NCBI RefSeq assembly: GCF_018350175.1
Contig: NC_058368.1
Span: forward strand, 25,546,001 to 25,610,000
Source of the DNA: Felis catus
Lineage: Eukaryota
Direction: 5' to 3'
Length of the DNA stretch: 64,000 nucleotides
Shown here: piece by piece, positions 1 to 13,979 of the stretch
Layout: each line of letters begins with the position of its first letter
How positions within the stretch are numbered: the stretch's first letter is position 1
Program-made: the position numbers and the translations under genes
Notes under the pieces: generated by a model
Seen by the model: the letters and a program-made list of their open reading frames with translations, nothing else
Databases searched by the model: none
Told to the model about the DNA's origin: nothing

Positions 1-12
1 CAAGCACATGCA

Positions 13-455
13 TCAGCTTCCTGTTGCTGCTGTAATAAGTCATCACAAGCTTCGTGGCTTAGAACAACCCAAGATTTTCCTCTGAATGTTCGCAAGGTCA
101 TTAAGTCTGAAATCAGTTTCCCTGAACCGAAATTCAGGTGTTTGCAGGGCGGGTTCCTTTGGGAGGCTCTGAGAGCTGAGTCGGCTTCCCTGCCTCTTCC
201 AGCTTCTAGGGGTAGCCTCCCCGTTCCTCAGCCTGCGGCCCCTCCTCCCTCATCCAAGCCCATCGCTCCGATCTCTGCCTCCGTGGTCACATCGCCATCA
301 CATCTCCCTCAGCTTCCCTCTTACGAGGACCCTGTGATAACTGTCCATCTCAAGACCCTTAATCACACCTGCAAAGTCTCTTTTGCCTTATAAGCTAACA
401 TCACAAGTTCTGGGAATTCGAACCCGGTATCTATGGGGGCCATTATCAGCCTAGC
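13..455. mobile_element. MaLR (MLT1-type) LTR
   Basis: ttcctgttgctgctgtaataa...cttccagcttctag...gggccattatcagcctagcaca. Confidence 0.7.
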
Positions 456-1639
456 ACAGCACATAGAGTCCCTCTGCCCCCATATATTCACACCCAAGTG
501 TGACTGACCAGATAGCTCTCAGAAGGCTCAGCAGTAAGGTTCTACCACAGTAACAGGCCCTTATTTCATCTTTAAATGAAAGGCCAGGTTTATAACACAA
601 TGCGTCATTCATTTGGACATTCTATCCCGTTTTCTCACTGCTTAAATAAATGACGCCTTTGAGAGTTTAATTGCATTTGGTTGTCACAACATGAAAGAGA
701 CACTTGGCAATTAAAATAATTTGGCCAATTTGGATGTCAGATGCTCTCTGATTGTATCTGGATAGGTGTTCATTTTATTCAATCTCTACATCCCTCTGTG
801 CTGGCTAGACCCAACTGGTTGAGAAGCATTGACTTTCCATGGTTTCTAATTAGAAATTGGAGCTTAATACATCAACTGATATCCTCCTTAATCTCCTTTA
901 TGGCCTGTTTCTATGAAGTGAATTTATAGGAAATTCACTAGGTACCGAGAAAAGAAATTGATGCAGGTGAGTAGATTACCAAATTGCCCAGGTCTAAGTT
1001 CCTTAATGCTTTATTCTCATAAAACCTTATTCTCGATTTAAACCAATTTAAACATGCAGAATGGAAAAAAATTGTGATGACAGCCTAGTTTTAAGACGTT
1101 CATTTGGCTGTGTTTTAAAAACGTATATTCTTTCAGACAGATGATGTGTTTGTCCATTCTGTGGACATATACTGATTTCACTGATTATGCCAGATACTCT
1201 ACTGGGCACAGTGCATACAGCAGGGTCCTTACCCTCTTAGACCTTACACTGTGCTTAGAGGGAACCGATAATACACACACACACACACACACACACGAGT
1301 ACACAATGTCAGGTGAGACAAGTTATAAAGAAAAATAAAGTAGGGCCAAAAGAGAGTGGGGGGTGCCATGTCAGATGGGGTGGCCATGTCTGAGAGGAGG
1401 TATAATGAAGTGAGGCCATAAGCTTGCACACATCTGACATAAAAGCAGAGGGAGCAACCCATCTAAGAATTTGAGACCCGGGCAACAGGAAAGAGAGTGG
1501 TCCTGAGGCCAGTGTGACTGGCTTGTTTGAAGAACAGCGCGGGGTCCAGCGTGGCCGGAAATAGCATCATGGCAGATGTTATGAGATGCTTCACCTTCTC
1601 CTGCTCTCGGACATTGGTGTTCCCGGTTGTGTCCCCTAT

Positions 1640-1990
1640 AATTCCCATGTTGCAGCCTCATCCCCAGTGTGATTATATTAGGAGATAGGGCCTTAGGGAG
1701 GCTCTATAAACAGCAAAAGAAAAGGAACCCCAGACTAATGTAACATTGTGTGTCAAATTTAAAAAAAATGTAATGGAAACAAAACAAAACCCAGAAAGTT
1801 CCTTTGCTCTGTTATGTGAGGACACAGTGAGAAGACATCTGTGAACCAGGAAGTAGGCTCTCACCAGACACTGAATCTGCCGGGGCCTTATCTTAGACTT
1901 CCCAGCCTCCAGAACTGTGAGAAAGAAGTTTCTGTTGTGTTTAAGTTCCCCAGTCTGTGGGTTCTACATAGCAGCTCAGAGGGACTGGGA
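1640..1990. mobile_element. MaLR (MLT1-type) LTR
   Basis: gtgaggacacagtgagaagac...tcttagacttcccagcctccagaactgtgagaaa. Confidence 0.7.
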
Positions 1991-2049
1991 CTGAAGACAA
2001 GGTCAGATCGAGGAGCGAGGGGAAGACCAGGCAGGTGTTTTTATTTCCT

Positions 2050-2795
2050 AGCCTAATACCATCCCATGCCCTCTGGTTTTCACTTATTTGACTTTGCTAA
2101 GATTTCCTTGATCACACCTATGGGTTCCACAGTAGGACATGTGTGGGGACTATGGTTGGTAACTGGTCACCACATGGCTCAGGGAAGCTCTGGACCTACC
2201 TTCATTATCACATATGTCACCGCTCTGTCACGGCCCCGCGCGGCAGCTACACGCATGCACGTCCCCTCTGCCGCGCCGGCCCGGACCGTGGGCTCCTTCA
2301 GGCAGGGCCACGCCTGCTCAGGTGTGCATCGTCCCCACCGGGCACCAGGCCTGCCCATGGTAAGCCTCCATCAAATTGCCTAACTAAGAGGTGAAATCGG
2401 CCACTCAATTTCTCCCAGCTATGTGTCTTCAGGAACCGAATATTAGTAATGCAAAAAGGGAGCGTGTGCTGTTTCAGGAAGTCTTGTGGCCTGAAGGTGG
2501 CTTGGGGCACACTGCTCCCGCCCGGTGGGAGAGGTGGGGGTGCAAAAGGGATCTCTTCAGAAGATGCCTCACCTTCTCCTGCTCTCGCACGTTGGTGTTC
2601 CTGGTTTCTGGCCTTCACGTTGGGACTGAACTACACCACTGGCCTTCCTGGGTCTCCAGCTCACAGAAAACGGACTGAAGGCCTCGTCACCCTCCATAAT
2701 CACCTGAGCCAGCTCCTATCATAAACCTTCTCTTGTATATATCTACATATATATCCTGTTGGTTCTGCTTCTCTGGAGAACCCCGACTAATATAT
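2050..2795. mobile_element. ERVL (MLT2-type) LTR
   Basis: Typical end tatatcctgttggttctgcttctctggagaaccccgactaata. Confidence 0.6.
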
Positions 2796-2939
2796 CCATA
2801 CATGACTACAACTACCTTGGTCTTCTCCACTCCTTTCCATCTGACTGCCCCTGACATGATACAGGCTCCCAGGCTGCTCTCTGGCCTTCTGGTCTCTGGA
2901 TGGGAAATTATATTCTTGATCCTAAATGACCGCTCTCAG

Positions 2940-3453
2940 GGACCGACAACCGGAATGAAGTGTTGCACATGCATGTGGCTACAGAAAACAACACGGAATT
3001 CACTGTGGATCCTGCGATTGAAGGGGTGAACTTGAGTTGGGTTCTTACGTTATTAGGAAGGTAGCTTTTGTATGTCCACATTGAAGGGGAAAAAAAGAAA
3101 TTAGAACTGGATTTCTTTTTTTTTTTTTTTAATGTTTATTTTGGAGACAGAGGGAGACAGAGCGCAAGTGGGGAAGGGGCAGAGAGACAGGGAGAGACAG
3201 AATCTGAAACAGGCTCCAGGCTCTGAGCTGTCAACACAGAGCCCGATGCGGGGCTTGAACCCACGGACCGTGGGATCATGACTTGAGCCGAAGCCGGACA
3301 CTCACCCAACTGAGCCACCCAGGCGCCCCAGGACTTCTGAGCCTTACTTATCACTTCTAAATTTACCTCACTTTGCACACTGAGTGTATCCAGAGGAAAA
3401 TTCTATCGCATAGATTTGCCATCCCCACTTCACAGATATGCCAGTATTCGACC
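2940..3453 (+). pseudogene. Candidate decayed FN3-like exon, interrupted by a SINE (3117-3329)
   Basis: ctctcag|GG acceptor; reads TDNRNEVLHMHVATENNTEFTVDPAIEGVNLSWVLTLLGR*LLYVHIEG..., and after removing the SINE plus a frame change TGLLSLTYHF*IYL...QYST|gtgagt (phase 0). Confidence 0.4.
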
Positions 3454-4561
3454 GTGAGTCTCCAGACATAAGAAGACACAACTCAAGTGGACCTCTGACA
3501 GAAGTGAAAGGGAGGTCCCATACAGTGGGCATCACATCACACCCATCTCCTCCCTCCCGGGCGCGCTCTCTCTCTCTTTCCGAAAAAAAAAGAAAAAGAC
3601 AAAAATTGTGTCTTTCAGCTGACATCCAACTGGGTCTGGTTGGCACTGATGCATCTAAGCCCCTACCCTTGAGTGAGCCTCTTGCCCGTGCAGCAGAGTG
3701 CCAAGGACATCGTCACTCGCCCACACAGTCACCACTCTGGATGCTCTCCGTCCCTTCCTGGGGATCCAAGGTCCTGTCTGGCATCGTCGCCCTTCAGCCT
3801 GAAACACTTCTTGTTCTTGTAACATACGTCTTGTAGAGGCAGGTCTTCTGGTGAGACATACCCTCCGTTTTCTTGTCTCCGGAAATGTCTTTATTTCACT
3901 TCCGTTCTGGGATGTTAGTTTCTCTGGATATAAAATTCCGGGTTAATGGGGTTTCTTTATTTTCCCTTTCTGTGTTTTAAAGATGTTGTCCTACTATTTC
4001 CTGGCCTCCATTGTTTCAGTGAGAAGTCAGGGAATTTTTGAATTATTGTGTCCCTGTAGGTAGAGTGACATTTTGCTCTGGCTGTTTTCAGATTTTGTCT
4101 TTGTGTTTGGTTCTCTGCAGTTTGACTCTCAGGTGCCTAGGCATAGCTTGCTTTGGTATTTATTCTGTCTCACTGATCTTCTGGTACCTATAAATGTCTT
4201 TCACCAAGGGTGGGGAAACGTCAACTGTAATTCCAAATGTTTTTTCCATCCCATTTTCTCTCCTCTTCTTCTGGGCTCCCTGTCACCCATATGTAGTCAT
4301 ATATCCTCAAGACAGGAGCCCAAAAACAGGACCCCCCCCCCCAGTGCCCACCTCTTCTTCTGAGTATTGACTCCTACAGAATCTTCCTACTTTTGCTCAC
4401 AGCACCGTCAGGTAGTTTTTCTAGCTCCCAGGGTTTATAGTTGTTATCTATGGGAGGGACAGTCCTTGGCAATTACCAGAAGTGGACCCTGTTCAGGATG
4501 TTTAGAGGAAGTCACATGATAACCCACGTTAGCTCCCTATCATGCCCTTCTGACCTCCCAG

Positions 4562-4650
4562 GAAGTTCATCCAGTCAGTGTGAAAACAGAACTTCTCTAC
4601 CTGAAAAGTCCCAACTCTAGCAGTGGCCGTCCAGAAAAGGATTCCTTCTG
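4562..4650 (+). pseudogene. Candidate exon remnant of the same decayed gene
   Basis: cccttctgacctcccag| acceptor, phase-0 start matching the previous donor; open EVHPVSVKTELLYLKSPNSSSGRPEKDSF; donor at 4651 (gtattc) or 4661 (gtaaac). Confidence 0.35.
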
Positions 4651-4833
4651 GTATTCTCATGTAAACCTGATTTTTAAAAATCAGTGAAAAATGGGCGTGC
4701 CTGGGTGGCTCAGTTAGTTAAGCGTCCAACTCTTGGTTTCAGCCCAGGTCACAATCGATCTCACAGGTGGTGAGACTGAGCCCTGTGTCAGGCTCTGCAC
4801 TGATAGTGCGAAGCCGGCTCAGGATTCTCTCTT

Positions 4834-4873
<40 letters not shown>

Positions 4874-6857
4874 CCTCCCCCATTCACACTCATTCTTGCT
4901 CTCGCTCTCTCTCTCTCTCTCTCTCTCAGTAAATAAACTTAAAAAAAATTAATGACACAGTTTCTAAAATAGCCCAGCCCTGAATTCATCCATTCTAAAT
5001 CAAAAGGACTATGATTCCAGAGTAATAAATACCAAGTGAAGAAGCCTGGGTGAAGCCCAGTTCTTCCGGGAACCAGCTGTGTGACCTTGACAGGTGGCTT
5101 GCCTTCTCTAAGCCAGCAACAGCCAAGGAGACCATAGTACTCACCTGCCTCAGAGGTTGATTACAAAGATGAAATAAGGTAACATAGGGGAACATTATTA
5201 TAGACTATGTCTGATGTTGCTCTACTGTGACTCCCTAAATTTCAGAGACTGACTTCTAATCCCCAGGCCACGGCATGTAAAAGGGCTTGTGTAAATGTAC
5301 GAACAAAGGGGGTAAATCTGATCACGTTCTTTGGCAGGCAGTGCCTAAGGAGCTCAGCGGGGGGAAATGACCCCTCTCCTAAGTCTCGAAGAGAGGAGAG
5401 CCAGCTTTTCTTTCTTTGGAAATGCAAAGCGGACGTCATTTATTTGTAAATTCCGGATGAAATATAGTCCTAATCGACTGGTGTTACTAGATTGGCGGCT
5501 GAGGCTGCCCCTCCAGCAGCCCCTTGGGAAGCCTTCAAGGGGAAGCAGGAGCCCGGAGACCACCGGCCAGGAAGCTAGACGGTGTCACTTAATAAACAGG
5601 GAGGAGAAAGGGACTTGGCTTAAACTGTGAGAGACACTCACACAACAGGAAACTGGGTTTTAACTTTGATCGGAGCAGGGGCCTGCGAATGAAGGATGCT
5701 ACCAGAGCCCCCTTGCAAGCCCAGCACTGAGGCAGGAGAGGCTACCGGGAGAGATGGTGGGGTCAGGTGACACCCGGGGAGGGCAGGGTTGGGCTGGGTG
5801 GAAGGTAAGTCATGGGTATAAAAAAAGTCACGAACACAGGGAAGTGAGAGGCATGGCTTGGAAGGAAAATGAGAATGAAGCCAACATTCAATCTCCCTTG
5901 GCTCAGTGCCTTGCGTGTGAAATGAGTCAAATATACCCACCTCTTTTTTTTTTTTTTTTAGTTTTTATTTATTCATTTGGAGAGAGAGAGTGAGAGCAAG
6001 CAGGGAAGAGGCAGAGAGAGCGGGGGAGAGAGAATCCCAAGCAGGATCCGTGCTGTCAGCACAGAGCCCGGCAGCGGGGCTGGATCTCACAAATGGCGAG
6101 GTCACGACCTGAGCCAAAATCAAGAGTCGGACGTTTAACTGGCCGAACCACCCAGGCACCCCAAATACACCCACCTCTTAAAGTTGCGCGACTATTTTCC
6201 AAAAGTCTCCCCCATTTTCCTCCCCCAAAGTCCTCCCTGCCTCTGTGACATTTTGCCCAAGGGAAGGAAAAAGCGGCTACCGGTTTTAAGGAAAGTCCTG
6301 GGGTAGGAGCCGGACAAGCCTCGAACCGCCCTCCGCACCTGCTCCAGCTGCGGCCAGCTTTTGTTCCTGCTTCCCGGCCTCCTTCTAGTTCTCTGAACAC
6401 ACCGAACTCACTCTGTGCAGATTTCTATGCCGCGCTCTTTGGTCGGCTCCTTCTTATTGTCCGGGTCTCTGCTCAAATGTCACCTCCTTAGAGAGGTCTT
6501 TCTGGACCCCAGGCCTCGGGTCCCTCGCGGGCCAGTCACTTCCCATCACTGTGTCCTGTTTCTCTCAAAGCCCTTGACGCTATCGGAAATGATCTTGTTT
6601 ACTTGTGTGATTGGTACTGTGGGTTTGCAACTCGCAGCAGAATGCAGGCTGCCTGAGAGCAGGGGCCTTGATTGCCCAATGCGGCATCCCCAGTGCCCGG
6701 AATCCTTTGAAGTCTTAACAAATATTTGATGAATGAATGGATAGGTGAAGTTGAGGATTACATACGATGATGTGCCTAAGCATTTGGAGAATGCCAGGCG
6801 GCTAAACGATGGCATTTATTCCTAGTAGTGTTACTATTGTTCCTTTTTTGTTGCAAG

Positions 6858-7343
6858 TCGGTTTTGTTGGGCAAGGCAGTAATAATGTGCCCAAAATGAG
6901 AGAACAGAAAGCACTGATTTTTCAAGAAAGCCGCCTTTCTTTTTTTTCTGGAGGAAAAGGTCAAGACCCAAATAGATTCACCACTGAAGTTCCGGAGGCA
7001 GCGCTGAGTACAGGGGAGAGCACAGGCCCATGGCTTTGTGCTAACCAGCTGTGTGATCTCGGGCCAGCCTCAACCTCTCTGAACCTGTGTCCCCATCTGA
7101 GAAGTTAAAGGGATTGCCTAGATGCTGCATACGGTCCCCTCTAACTAGAACCATCCCTCGTCTCCGCATACTGTTGTTGACTGCCTCCTGGCAGAAAAGT
7201 GAATGAACTAAAGACAGGCAGAGGCAGAGGTTCCAGAATCGAATAGTGTAGTCAGTTCTCAAATGGATGGACTGGACAGTGTCCTTTCTAGGGAGAGAGG
7301 AGGACAGCCAGGAGAGGACTCAGAACAACTGCCTCTGGTTCAG
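6858..7343 (+). pseudogene. Two candidate exon remnants (6858-6959, phase 1-1; 7195-7343, phase 1-0)
   Basis: ttttttgttgcaag|...AAAG|gtcaag (102 nt, open); ctcctggcag|...CAG|gttaga (two in-frame stops, then AEVPESNSVVSSQMDGLDSVL...LPLVQ). Confidence 0.28.
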
Positions 7344-7994
7344 GTTAGAGACCACCTTGCTTGAAACACTATTAGCGGCTTATTGGCAGAAAGGACATCT
7401 GGATGTCCTTTCATCTTTAAAATAACCTTACAGGCGTTTGGGTGGCTTAGTGGGTCCAGCATCTGACGTCGGTTCAGGTCATGATCTCACGGTTAGTGAG
7501 TTCAATCCCCACATAGGGCTCTGCATGGAGCGTGCAGGGCCTGGTTCAGATCCTCTCTCTCCCTCTCTCTCAAAAATAATAAGCATTAAAGAAATAATAA
7601 GATAAAATGACTTTTACAAGGCAGGTGTTATAGTTCCATTCTACAAGGGATGAGATGCTCCAAAAGGTCACACAGCTAAAAAGCAACAAGCCTGGGAATG
7701 AGAAACCAGGTTTGTCTTCTCCTCACTCTTTCTGCTCCCGGAGGGGGTGAGCCCACCAATGTGTCCCAAACCTCTTGATCATCAAAATCAGTGGAAACAT
7801 CTTCAAGGGGGTCCTACTAAAAAACCAGACTCTTGGGGGGTGCCCCCAAGAAATCTGTATTTTTCAAAAGCTCTCCATGTCCCAGTGATACAGCCAGACT
7901 AGGAAACCACTGCCTTATACTGGGCTCTGAAGCCACCCAGCAGTTGGAAATTGTCCCAGGAAGGTGCTAATACTTGTCACTAGTGTCATTCTAC

Positions 7995-8075
7995 CTTCCC
8001 TGCGCCCCGCCCTGCGGAACTGCGCCTGCGCCCGAGGCAGCTGTGTCTCCGCAGCGCCCTCTAGGGGACACGTAG
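7995..8075 (-). promoter_or_regulatory. Small CpG-rich element with CTCF-like motif (8053-8067, minus strand CCCCTAGAGGGCGCT), GC box (8004-8012) and NRF1-like TGCGCCTGCGC (8021-8031)
   Basis: Motifs match consensus by eye; binding not shown. Confidence 0.6.
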
Positions 8076-10880
8076 TAAAACCTTGACTGCAACCAACTTT
8101 CTCTGCGGGGAAATTTAGGGGCGTTAGGCAGCGCTCCCCAACCCCTTTGCTGAGAAAATGCATGCCCACGTATGCTATTAAGGAGCAAAAGGATTAATAA
8201 TTTGCTTTCAATGAGAACAATGCTGGGTACACACACTTAGAGAGGGTAGTTTATTCAGTTTGGGGCCCAAGTGGGTAGAGTTGCTTCCCTCCAAGTTACC
8301 CAGACTTTTTCTTATCCATGTGCTCCTTCATTTTTTTCCAACAAGTATTCATTGAATGCTTAGTAAAGACCAAGCATTCTTCTAGCTCAGAACAAGACAA
8401 AATACCCTCTCCTTGTGGAATTTATAGTCTAGTGATGGAGACAGGAATTAAATACACAAACAGATAAGTACCTACTTATACATAGTGATGAATCCTATGA
8501 AAGAAAAGAACTAGGTTTGGAGGGCCTCGCTGGCTCAGTCCGTGAAGCGCATGACTCTCGATCTTGGGGTCGTGAGTTTGAGCCCCACGTTGGGTATAGA
8601 GATTATTTCAAATAAAATCTTAAAAAAAAATTTTTTTTAAAGAACTAGATTTTGAGAGCCCTGTTTTAAGAAGGAAGGTCAAGGAAGGCCTCCCTCTGGA
8701 GCTGACTTGAAGCTAAGATCTGGAATTTGAGATAGAATGAGCCACGCAAATACAGAGGGGATTCCAGGTGGGGTAAGGAGTTCTCATTTGAGGCGCTCAA
8801 GGAAGCCGGGAGCATCCTGAGTAAGGGGCTTGTGAATTGAGACAAGGTTAAAGGAGTCAGGTTAACAATAAGCACCTACTATGTGACAGCACTGCTCCAC
8901 TTGTTTCCTTTTTAAAAAAGTTTTTTTTTTATGTTTATTTATTTTTTGAGAGAGAGAGTACAAGTAGGGAAGGGGCAGAGAGAGAGGGAGACACAGAATC
9001 TGAGGCAGGCTCCAGGCTCTGAGCTGTCAGCACAAAGCCCGATGTGGAGCTCGAACTCACGAACCGCGAGATTATGACCTGAGCTGAACTCATGAACTGT
9101 GAGATCATGACCTGAGCCAAAGTCAGAGGCTTAACCAACTGAGCCACCCAGGCACCCCTCCTTTTTTTTTTTTTTTTTTAAGTTTTATTTACCTTGAGAG
9201 AAAGAGAGCGCATGTGCATGAGCAAGCAGGGTAGAGGGAGAGAGAGAATCCCAAGCAGGCTTTGGGTGCAAAGCCTGACTCAGGGCTCAAACCCATGAGC
9301 CGTGAGATCATGACCTAAGCCGAAATCAAAAGTCAGACACTTAACCAACCGAGCCACCCAGGCGCCCTGTTCCGCTTGCTTTCCACACATTGTCCTATTT
9401 GATCCCCATCCATCCGAAGAAGCAAATAATAGTCTCATGTTTGACTTTTTATAGATGAGAAAATTGAGGCACAGGGAGATTAAGCACTTTGCCCGAAATC
9501 CTTTAGGTAGCAGGTAGCCAAACTAGGGTTGAAACGCGTGCATTTCTGCACCCAGACTCAACATTTATCCATCACCCTACCCTGCCTTCTAGGCATCGCT
9601 AAGGAGCTTGTATTTTTATTCTAAGCACAGGAGACATGTTTGTCAGCTTTTAAGCAGGGGCTCTGAGCGATCTCTCCTATGTGTTAACAAGATTGTGCTA
9701 AATGGATAACAGACTGCAGGAGGACGGAGGAGCAGGACACGATGGAAAGGCAAGTGCAGCGGGCCAGGAGAGGAATGATGGTGGCCTAGGCAAGGGGGGT
9801 AGCAGCGGAGATGGGGGAGAAGAGGAAGGATTTAGTACAGAAGTGGCAGGACTGGTGACGGATCATGCGCGGGGTGTGCGAGAGGAAGCCGTGAAACTTG
9901 GCACCCAAGCTCAGGAGACTGGGGTAGGGACCACTGGCTGGGGTGGACGTGGGAGCACACATGGGAACAGGTACAGTTCAGTGTTAGTCACACGGTAAGT
10001 CTGAGCGATGGGCCGTTGGGAAATGCACAGGCATCTCAACCTTAGTGTGTGTGAAAGTAAGCTCATCATCTGCCTCATTCTGGAATTCAGTGGGGAATCT
10101 AGGGTAGAAACGGAAATGTGTTGTTTTTAGCGTAATAGGTGCCGCTGGGGAGGGGACAGTTCCTAGGACCAAGCCCTGAGAAATTCCTGCACACGGAGTC
10201 TGGATCTGGGAAGGGAAGGAAGCGGAGGGAGCGAGAGAGTCGACGACCGAGGAGAGCCAAGAAGGAAGGAAGGAAGAAATGACAAAACAAAAGCAGCCCA
10301 GGACGGCGCTCCTAATGTCCTCTGAAGAAGAGAGACGCCTCCTTCCTGTTACATGTGGGGAGGAATTGGCCGAGACCCAGGGACCGCCGGCATCAGAGTG
10401 CAGGCCGGCGGGCGCGCAGGGAGCCCACATGCTTGTGTGAGGCCCAGCACCGGGCTACCCTGGCAAGTAAGCAGGTACAGCCTGAAATAGAACCGTGTCT
10501 CATCACTTCCCCTGTAACTCCTCAGTCCCCCGTCGGGCTCCCAGATCGGCTCCCTGTCGGGATACACAGAGGGATGGACAGGGTGTCAGCTCAGGTCCAG
10601 AGGCCCACAGACCTCTGGGAGAGGGATTCCACCTTGAGGGTGGGTGGGGCTCGGGCATTATTAGTCATAGTCCTGTTGTCATTTCCTGCGGTGGCTTTCT
10701 TTCTTTTTTTTTTTTTTTTATCTTCCCCTGCCACTGGCCCTGATTTCACCCGCTTCTCTTTCCACTTTATTATCTTCACCCGGAAAGGGTTATGATTTTA
10801 GCAATCATTTTGTCCCCATAATCCTATGATAGTAATTTCATCATTAATTAATACGGTGATGAAAATATTCTCTTTTATAG

Positions 10881-11016
10881 CCCTTTTGGGTGCTTGAGAA
10901 TCGCTGCCATAAATGTTTAAGAGGTTCCTGTCTCCAGCAGGAAGAAAGGCAAGATCTAGCTCTACCCTGAGGCCTAACCCCGTACAGGAAGTGCAGTTCT
11001 ACGCCAAGTGCTGGGA
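10881..11016 (+). pseudogene. Candidate exon remnant, phase 0-1, one in-frame TGA
   Basis: Strong acceptor attctcttttatag|; PFWVLENRCHKCLRGSCLQQEERQDLALP*GLTPYRKCSSTPSAG; donor GGA|gtaact. Confidence 0.38.
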
Positions 11017-12551
11017 GTAACTAAGAGCCATTGGAGAAGCTCTACCATTTTTTAAAACCTATCCTTTTCTTAATTATAGAAGTATATTTTACTGTAGAAT
11101 TGAGCTTCTCAAGCCTTAATGAGGCTACAAATCAACTAGGGATCTTGCTAAAATGCAGCCTCTGATTTGGGAGGTCCGGAGGGGACAGAGATGCTACTTT
11201 TCTAACAAGCTCCCACATGATGTCGAGTGCTGGCAAAGGGACCACATTTGAGGATCAAGGTTTTGCCAAATAAACAACAAAAGAATAGATGATCACAAAT
11301 GAACTGTGAGCGTGTCTCCTGGATGAGACATTCTGCTTCCCATTCATACCCCCGGTGCTGAAGGGGCTCGGGACCCTTGCCTCTTTCCCCAACAGCACCC
11401 AGAGAGCCCAGAGAGGGGACAGATCAAGAGGAGGCCAGGAGCCCCCGGGAGGGCAGGAGGCTGTTTGGAAGGTGGGTACAGGGTGGGGAGAGGGTGGCCA
11501 GGGAAGGAGTCCAGTCCTGCCCCTGCCCCTCCCCCTCTACTGCTTGAGGGGACTGAGGTTTGCCTCCTCACCAGATGAGTCAGATGCGGGGGATCTTCAG
11601 TTTCAAGAGGAAAGTCAGCGAAGGGCAAGAAGCTGTGTATATATGTGGGACTGAGCAGACCCAGGGTCACTTTCTGCCTCCTCTCCCAGGCCTGGGGCTA
11701 CAAGAGGAGATTTGAAGGGATTCCACCTCCTAAGATTATAAGCACTCTACCAGTTAGGGAGAGCCTTGATCTTGACTGGGAGTGAGAAACCCTTGTCCCC
11801 AAGGGCGTGGAATTTTCCACCCTAGGGCGCATCTTCCCTCACTTATCTCTTCACCTCCTCCCCACTCTTTGAAACCCCCAACAAAAAGGAGAAACCGTAC
11901 CGAGGACTCAAGCGCAGAGATTAGAATGAAACAGGATTCAAGTGCAGAGATTAGAATGAAACGGTATTAAAATAAAGAAGAGAAAAATGGGGGCGGGGGG
12001 AAAACTGATTGCAGCCGAAAACAGAATCAGTGAAAATGAAAGACCAACTTGCGAATGTCCTGTGGCAGGAAAAAGGAAAGGGTAAAGACTTTGAAAGCAT
12101 AAAAGCAAAGTTGGGCACTACGGAGGACAGAAATAGAAGTCTCAGGAAATAGAGGTCAAGGAAATAGGAGGCAAACAAAGAAAAAGTCTGGAGAGGAGCC
12201 GATGTGTGAAGAAACCGCAGAGACAATTTTCACAGAGTTAGAGATGCGGGACCTCAGATGGAGAGGCCCACAGAGGCCAAAGCGGGGAGAAGAAACACCT
12301 GACACCCGGGCATACTCCGCTGAGTTCACGAATGTCAAACACGAGGAGAAATTCCTAACCATTTTCAGAGAGAGAGAGCCGACCACTGACAAAGAGCCAC
12401 TTTCAAAATGAGCATAATAGAGTGTCCTTACACACGCATGTGTGCGTGCACACTCGGCCTCCAGGAGCCCACAGATCCTAGATTACAGCAGGAGAAGGGC
12501 CACATCCCTGTACAGCAGCAACTTTTTCTTAGTCACTCTTAACATTATTAG

Positions 12552-12842
12552 CCTCTTGGGAAGAGTTAGTGCTCATCTCCTTGAACTTGGAGAGCATCAA
12601 TGCAGAGATATTAGGTGTCAGATGCTCAGACAAGGGCCCCATTGATGGGTTACCACAGCGGGAGCTGGTTCTCAGCTGCTGTTCGGGTCAGTGCCCTGAG
12701 AGAGGGGCTGCTTCTGGCGATTGGCTTGGGGCCAAGCCCCCCTCAAGAACCCCAGCCACTGGTGGCCAGGTTACACATTTGTCCCTCCTCCGATTCCCAG
12801 CTACTGTTAACTGGGGTCAGGGCAGGGAGGATGGAAAATGGA
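12552..12842 (+). pseudogene. Candidate symmetric (phase 1-1, 291 nt) FN3-like exon remnant
   Basis: ctcttaacattattag|...TGGA|gtaagt; combining ORFs 12569 and 12615 gives LNLESINAEILGVRC..GPIDG(Y)H...VTHL.PSSDSQLLLTGVRAG, resembling FN3 strands. Confidence 0.45.
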
Positions 12843-13979
12843 GTAAGTAAAGCAGTTTCCCTCCTGAATCTGGGAAGCCTGAGCTAGTTGACTGCTTTGA
12901 GCCCAGCTCACAGTCCTATGGGACCTATGGGACCAGCTGATAGCAACCCAACAGCTAAGAGTAAACCATGAAACAGGAAAGAGAGTTGAGCAGATGCACG
13001 GGGTGGGGGGGGGGGGGGGAGGGAATCAACAAGGGAAGAGTTCCTACAGCTTTGCAAAACCAGCGGTCAGGGCCTCTGTCCTCTTGGAGCTCGCCTTCCA
13101 GTGGAGCCAGAGAAGAAGTAAATACACAAGCAAACCGCCAAGGTCACGACCGACCCTATTAACAGGCCAGGGAGCAGCCTCAGTGGAGCGGGTGGTCAGG
13201 CGGCCACCCTGAATAGGGAGCATTTGCACTGAGCATAAGCCCAGGGTAGGAGGGCTGCAGACAAAAGGTCCAGTGGATGCCATGGCCTGGGTGAAATAAA
13301 AGCTCTGTGTGTTTGGAAAACAGACGGGAAGCCATGAGCCAGGGGCGGGGAGCAGCTGGAGGAGAAATGAGGAAAAACACCCACCTAGATAAGTGAGGGT
13401 GAATTCAACAATGTCCAAGCCCAAGAAGAGTTCGGAGACAAAGCGCAGATCACTGACAAAGAGGGAAGGTTGTCGAGGTTAATCAGAAGGGACCTGTGAG
13501 GCCACGTAAGGAAGCTGGATTTTTTTCTAAATGCAGCCTGAGCCATCGAAGGAATGTATTCAAGTTTAAATTCAAGTCTCAATTCGGTGGGAAGTCCCTT
13601 GGAAAGCTGCGAGGAGGGCCGGGACTTTATCACCATCTGATTTACCAAACAAGCAGCCGCTGCAACAAAACTTGCGAGGCAACCCCAGACCGCGTAGGAG
13701 CAGAAACGGGAACCGGGAACCCTCCGTGGTGGCTGGGCTCCGGCGGAGTGGCAGGGACCTCGCCCAGGGCGGGGGGAGTGGGGCAGTGCACACGCAGAGA
13801 AGACGACGGGTCTGAGACCCGTGTCAGAGGCAGCAGGACAGGCCGAAGGCTCCGATGGGGCGGCAAGAGAGAGAGTCCACGCAAGGACGACTCCTCATTT
13901 AGGGCATACGCATCCAGGCGGAAGGGGACGCCACCGACTGCGATGCGGCTGTCTGGGGGCACTGGTTTGGGGCGATCCT

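Noticed and set aside
5540..5626. SPETTGQEARRC...KGTWLKL as a decayed cytokine-receptor WSXWS region
   Set aside because: Too degenerate to assign a receptor family by eye; kept only as part of the FN3-like candidate.
11903..11962. 30-bp tandem duplication (also a 21-bp-period one near 17792-17827)
   Set aside because: Ordinary slippage duplications inside old L1 fragments; not an array or CRISPR-like structure.
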